From assembly GCA_043228905.1 (NCBI GenBank), contig JBHGNT010000001.1, forward strand, positions 29,016,001 through 29,080,000: a stretch of DNA of 64,000 bases, read 5' to 3'. Origin of the DNA: Azolla caroliniana (taxonomy: Eukaryota > Plantae > Polypodiophyta). This document shows, piece by piece, positions 60,730 through 64,000 of the stretch (positions are counted from its first letter, which is position 1; the number at the start of each line of letters is the position of its first letter). The notes beneath the pieces are model-generated. The model was not told the DNA's origin, made no database searches, and worked only from the letters and a program-made list of their open reading frames with translations. A program made the position numbers and the translations under genes.

Positions 60730-62724
60730 ATGGGGGGAAAAGTCGTGGAACTCTTGCGTCTTCCGATTGAGCTCGCCAATCTAGTAAGAGAGGTTCTATT
60801 GGATGGTTCCTCATCATCATCATCCTCATTCAAACGCGAGTGCGCTGAACTTCTTATCAAGGTTGAGAATCTCGCTGATCTGCTATCCACATTGGCACGC
60901 CTCTTTGGCCGTGACCGGAATCCATACGAGCCCCCTGCCCGTCGCATCGCCATCCAAGCCTCGAAGACTCTAGACAAGTCATACGCACTTGTGAAGAAAT
61001 GCAAGAGGAGTGGGATATTGATGGGTCTCATGAATATCATATCCACAACCGATTTCCGTAGGGCGAACACATCATTGGAGGCGGCGATTGGGGATGTTAC
61101 ATGGCTTCTGAATGTGTGCACAAACTATGGAAAGGAAGGGAGACGGGGTGGAGGAGGAGGAGGAATGGAAGGTTTGCCACCCATTGCAAGTGTGGATCCG
61201 ATGCTTGCATGGGTATGGGAGCAAATCGCTTTGGTTCATGGAGGTAGCTCGGTAGAGAAAGAAGATGGAGCGAGCTATCTCGCCTCATTAGCTGCTGATA
61301 GTGATCGGAATCGGAATCTTATCATCGAGGAAGGAGGAGTAGCACCCTTATTAAGGCTGCTGAAGGAAGGGTCTACTGTAAAAGGTCGACTGGCAGCAGC
61401 GACAGCTCTTGGAACCTTAGTAACTGATAGGGGAAAAGTTCAGCAACTACATGAACAAGGGGTAGTTAATGTTCTTGTTAATATCCTTCAAGAAGGCTAC
61501 ATGAAGCTTCAATCCAAGGTTGCTTGGATGGTGGCCAAAATGGCTTCACAAGTTCCTAATGAGCAAAACTATTTCTTTGACGAGAATCTTATTCGGCCTC
61601 TTGTCTCACTCCTCGTATTTGAGACGATGGATAGGAACAGTCACAAAACCTTGAGAACTAGCAATACCATGCATTCAGTTGTGAGAAGCGGTGTGCCTCT
61701 CACAGGTCCGTCGGTTATGGAGGGGGAGCTAGGGAAATCTGAGATGAAAACTATGAAATCTCTCAATGGAAGGCCAGTCCAGGACTCGTGGGACACTTAT
61801 TCGGCTTACTCTCAGTTCTATTTTGATGGGAAATGGGATGGTCTTTGTAGGAGCCCTGAGCATATATTCACACAAGAGACTAAGACTAGGAAAATCCGGC
61901 ATTTGAGAGGGTTTAGTGACTCTTTCTCATTCCATGTTCCTTCCAACCTTGAGCTTCTGAAATGGGTTAAAGAAAGCGAAGATCCAGCGACCAAGCGGGA
62001 GCTTAAGTTTCAGGTTACGTCAGCATTGTGTAACCTAGCAAAAGACAATGTTGAAATCAGCCGAAAGATCACAGAGACAAAGGCACTGATTTGCTTAGCA
62101 CAGATGATAGAGAAGGAGGTAGGAGAGGTGCAAAAGATTGCAATTCTGGCTGTGATGGAGATAGCATCGGCAGCTGAAAGAGATGCTCAATTGAGGAGGT
62201 TTGCTTTTAAGATGAATTCTCGGGCTGCGAAAGCAGTGCTGCATCAGCTCCTTCAGATAATAGAAAATGGATCAGATGATTTAAAGGTGCCATGTGTGAA
62301 AACCATTGGATGCTTAGCACGAACATTCCCGGCAAAGGAAACAAAAGTAATAGAAATATTAGTACACGAGTTGGGTAACTCGGAGTATTGTGTAGCTTTA
62401 GAAGCATCTGTATCCCTTCAGAAATTCGTGCATCGGAGCAATTTCTTGCATGTCGAGCACTCAAAGACGATCCTCGATGCAGGTTCTATTCATCATCTTA
62501 TGCATCTTATCAGCCTTGATGGGAAAGAAGTTCAACTTCCTTCATTAACTTTGCTTTGCTACTTAGCCGAGCATTTGCCTAGTCATGATGTGTTCATGGA
62601 GATGGAAACACTTAAGGCCCTCAAGGCTGTTTCACACACTCATGTGGCTCAGCTTCAGTCAGCTAGGGAAGATCTCTTAATGGCAATTCAGCAGCTTGAG
62701 CTCTATCAATCAGGAGGCCATTGA
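60730..62724 (+). CDS. ARO: ARMADILLO REPEAT ONLY (ARO)-like protein
   Basis: 664-aa ORF with ARO hallmarks: SFKREC...YEPPARRI...LVKKCKRSG, GDVTWLL, GLPPIASVDPMLAWVWEQIA, LIIEEGGVAPLLRLLKEG, EDPATK, ITETKAL, IGCLARTFPAKET and NFLHVEHSKTI, ending LELYQS. A spliced 23-aa N-terminal extension from 60368 is possible. Confidence 0.93.
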   Translation: MGGKVVELLRLPIELANLVREVLLDGSSSSSSSFKRECAELLIKVENLADLLSTLARLFGRDRNPYEPPARRIAIQASKTLDKSYALVKKCKRSGILMGLMNIISTTDFRRANTSLEAAIGDVTWLLNVCTNYGKEGRRGGGGGGMEGLPPIASVDPMLAWVWEQIALVHGGSSVEKEDGASYLASLAADSDRNRNLIIEEGGVAPLLRLLKEGSTVKGRLAAATALGTLVTDRGKVQQLHEQGVVNVLVNILQEGYMKLQSKVAWMVAKMASQVPNEQNYFFDENLIRPLVSLLVFETMDRNSHKTLRTSNTMHSVVRSGVPLTGPSVMEGELGKSEMKTMKSLNGRPVQDSWDTYSAYSQFYFDGKWDGLCRSPEHIFTQETKTRKIRHLRGFSDSFSFHVPSNLELLKWVKESEDPATKRELKFQVTSALCNLAKDNVEISRKITETKALICLAQMIEKEVGEVQKIAILAVMEIASAAERDAQLRRFAFKMNSRAAKAVLHQLLQIIENGSDDLKVPCVKTIGCLARTFPAKETKVIEILVHELGNSEYCVALEASVSLQKFVHRSNFLHVEHSKTILDAGSIHHLMHLISLDGKEVQLPSLTLLCYLAEHLPSHDVFMEMETLKALKAVSHTHVAQLQSAREDLLMAIQQLELYQSGGH

Positions 62725-63568
62725 AAACTATGCCTAATGGTGGAGTATATCCATTGCATTGTACACATCAATCATGATGATGTATGTATATTCATCTTTA
62801 CCAAGTAATGTGGATTCTTCTATTGTTGATGTTACAGAGAACATTACTTGTAAAAACAGAAGATCTGCAGTGGACCTGGAATTCATTATTTTCAGATTCA
62901 TTTTTGTGGAGTTTCACATATTAACAGAGTGATTTTATAAAATGAAGGACTACGGGAAACAGAGTTCTGTTCCGGTCTTGTGGTTGACATGTTCTTGGGT
63001 TGATCTAAGCTCACATATGTATTTTTTCTTATTTGCTTCATCATCCATATGCACACTATGCAAAACGGTATCCTCCCTCATAAATTTTAAATAAGTTTTG
63101 TGGTTTTTAACCTGAGGGGGATTGATGTAGTTTAAAGTCGGAACTTGAAGTTAGATTAGGTTAAATAATTTGTCTCCCCATCTACTATATATATAGTTAT
63201 TAACGTATTCAGTCATTTTATCAAACAAGAATCCAGAAAGAAGTGTTTGTAATCTATGAAAATTGGCAGTGTTTCCTGTGACGCCGTGTACATGCTGTTA
63301 TAAACATGGACTCGCCATGTAGGCAGGAATTTAAAGCTTTAATATAATACAGATACTGTGTGGAGCTAGATTGTTCCAAGCATACACGGAGCAGAAGGAT
63401 CTTGAAACGAGTCCATGCCTTCAGAGATTAGTAGGTATCTGTAGTGTGAAGAAAGCTGTTGCGATCCTTAACCATGATCAGACCATAGAGAGACCTGAAT
63501 ATGGAACATTCCCGAATATTCTGCAAAATATTTTTACCCTGCAACCATTACCTCACGTTATTTGCGTC

Positions 63569-63761
63569 TGGAAATAATAGCGGACCATGGAAATTTGTGA
63601 TGACCATACAAAGACCATATGCACATGGTCATCACCTTGTCCCATATGCAATAGTTATGAAAGTGGAAATAATAGCGAACCTTGGAAATTTGTGATGACC
63701 ATACAAAGACTGTATGCACATGGTCATCACCTTGTCCCATATGCAATAGTTATGAAAGTGG
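63569..63761. repeat. 95-bp tandem duplication, each unit with an 11-bp inverted repeat
   Basis: Units start at 63569 and 63664. Each contains gtgatgaccat...atggtcatcac. Confidence 0.9.
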
Positions 63762-64000
63762 CTGTTCCATTCAGAATGCGCTAGAAAATCCTTTCGTCTA
63801 ATTATCCACACGCATAGAGATTATCCAGATTCTAGAATGCTTCCCACATTGTATAAGTGAAGTTTCATTCAGATAGGGTTACTAAAGAATTGGGGATGTC
63901 ATTACATGTGTGTTTGGCTCTAAGCATGCAATTTCGAGAATCAAGCTAGAGCATTTAATCATTTTTGGTGTGATTGATGGTCATGAGATTTCCTCTAGAA

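Noticed and set aside
63371-63577. Possible exon of a further gene near the window end
   Set aside because: No recognisable domain or consistent splice structure on either strand.

Overview
Eukaryotic land-plant nuclear DNA: AT-rich intergenic space, dense with transposons. The style of the LINE and LTR families suggests a seed-free plant such as a fern, but this is inference and not provable here. There are four host genes: two tandem, intron-less PMEI/invertase-inhibitor paralogs (2816-3571 +, 15548-16144 +), an ankyrin plus RR-type tandem CCCH zinc-finger gene (38986-41373 -, with a probable 5'UTR intron) and an ARMADILLO REPEAT ONLY-like gene (60730-62724 +). Most of the remaining resolvable sequence is a stack of mobile elements whose ends and target-site duplications (TSDs) can be read directly. 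A 5'-truncated L1-type LINE (17952-32295 -) hosts both a decayed Copia (26136-32050) and an unusual pol-less LTR element (19344-24268). That element has a tRNA-Trp PBS, a 4-bp TSD, two diverged Gag-like modules, a basic 8-aa repeat and a tRNA-like module inside both LTRs. Also present are an internally deleted Copia (32698-34424) and an intact, CCGG-rich Copia with apparently identical LTRs (48497-53792). The intact Copia is nested in a small relic Gypsy that has a tRNA-Ala PBS, an ATAT TSD and an atypical integrase (47364-54327). Two hAT-type non-autonomous elements, several LINE 3' ends and an ~80-bp-arm hairpin at 2100-2272 complete the picture. All calls were made by eye, with no database searches.
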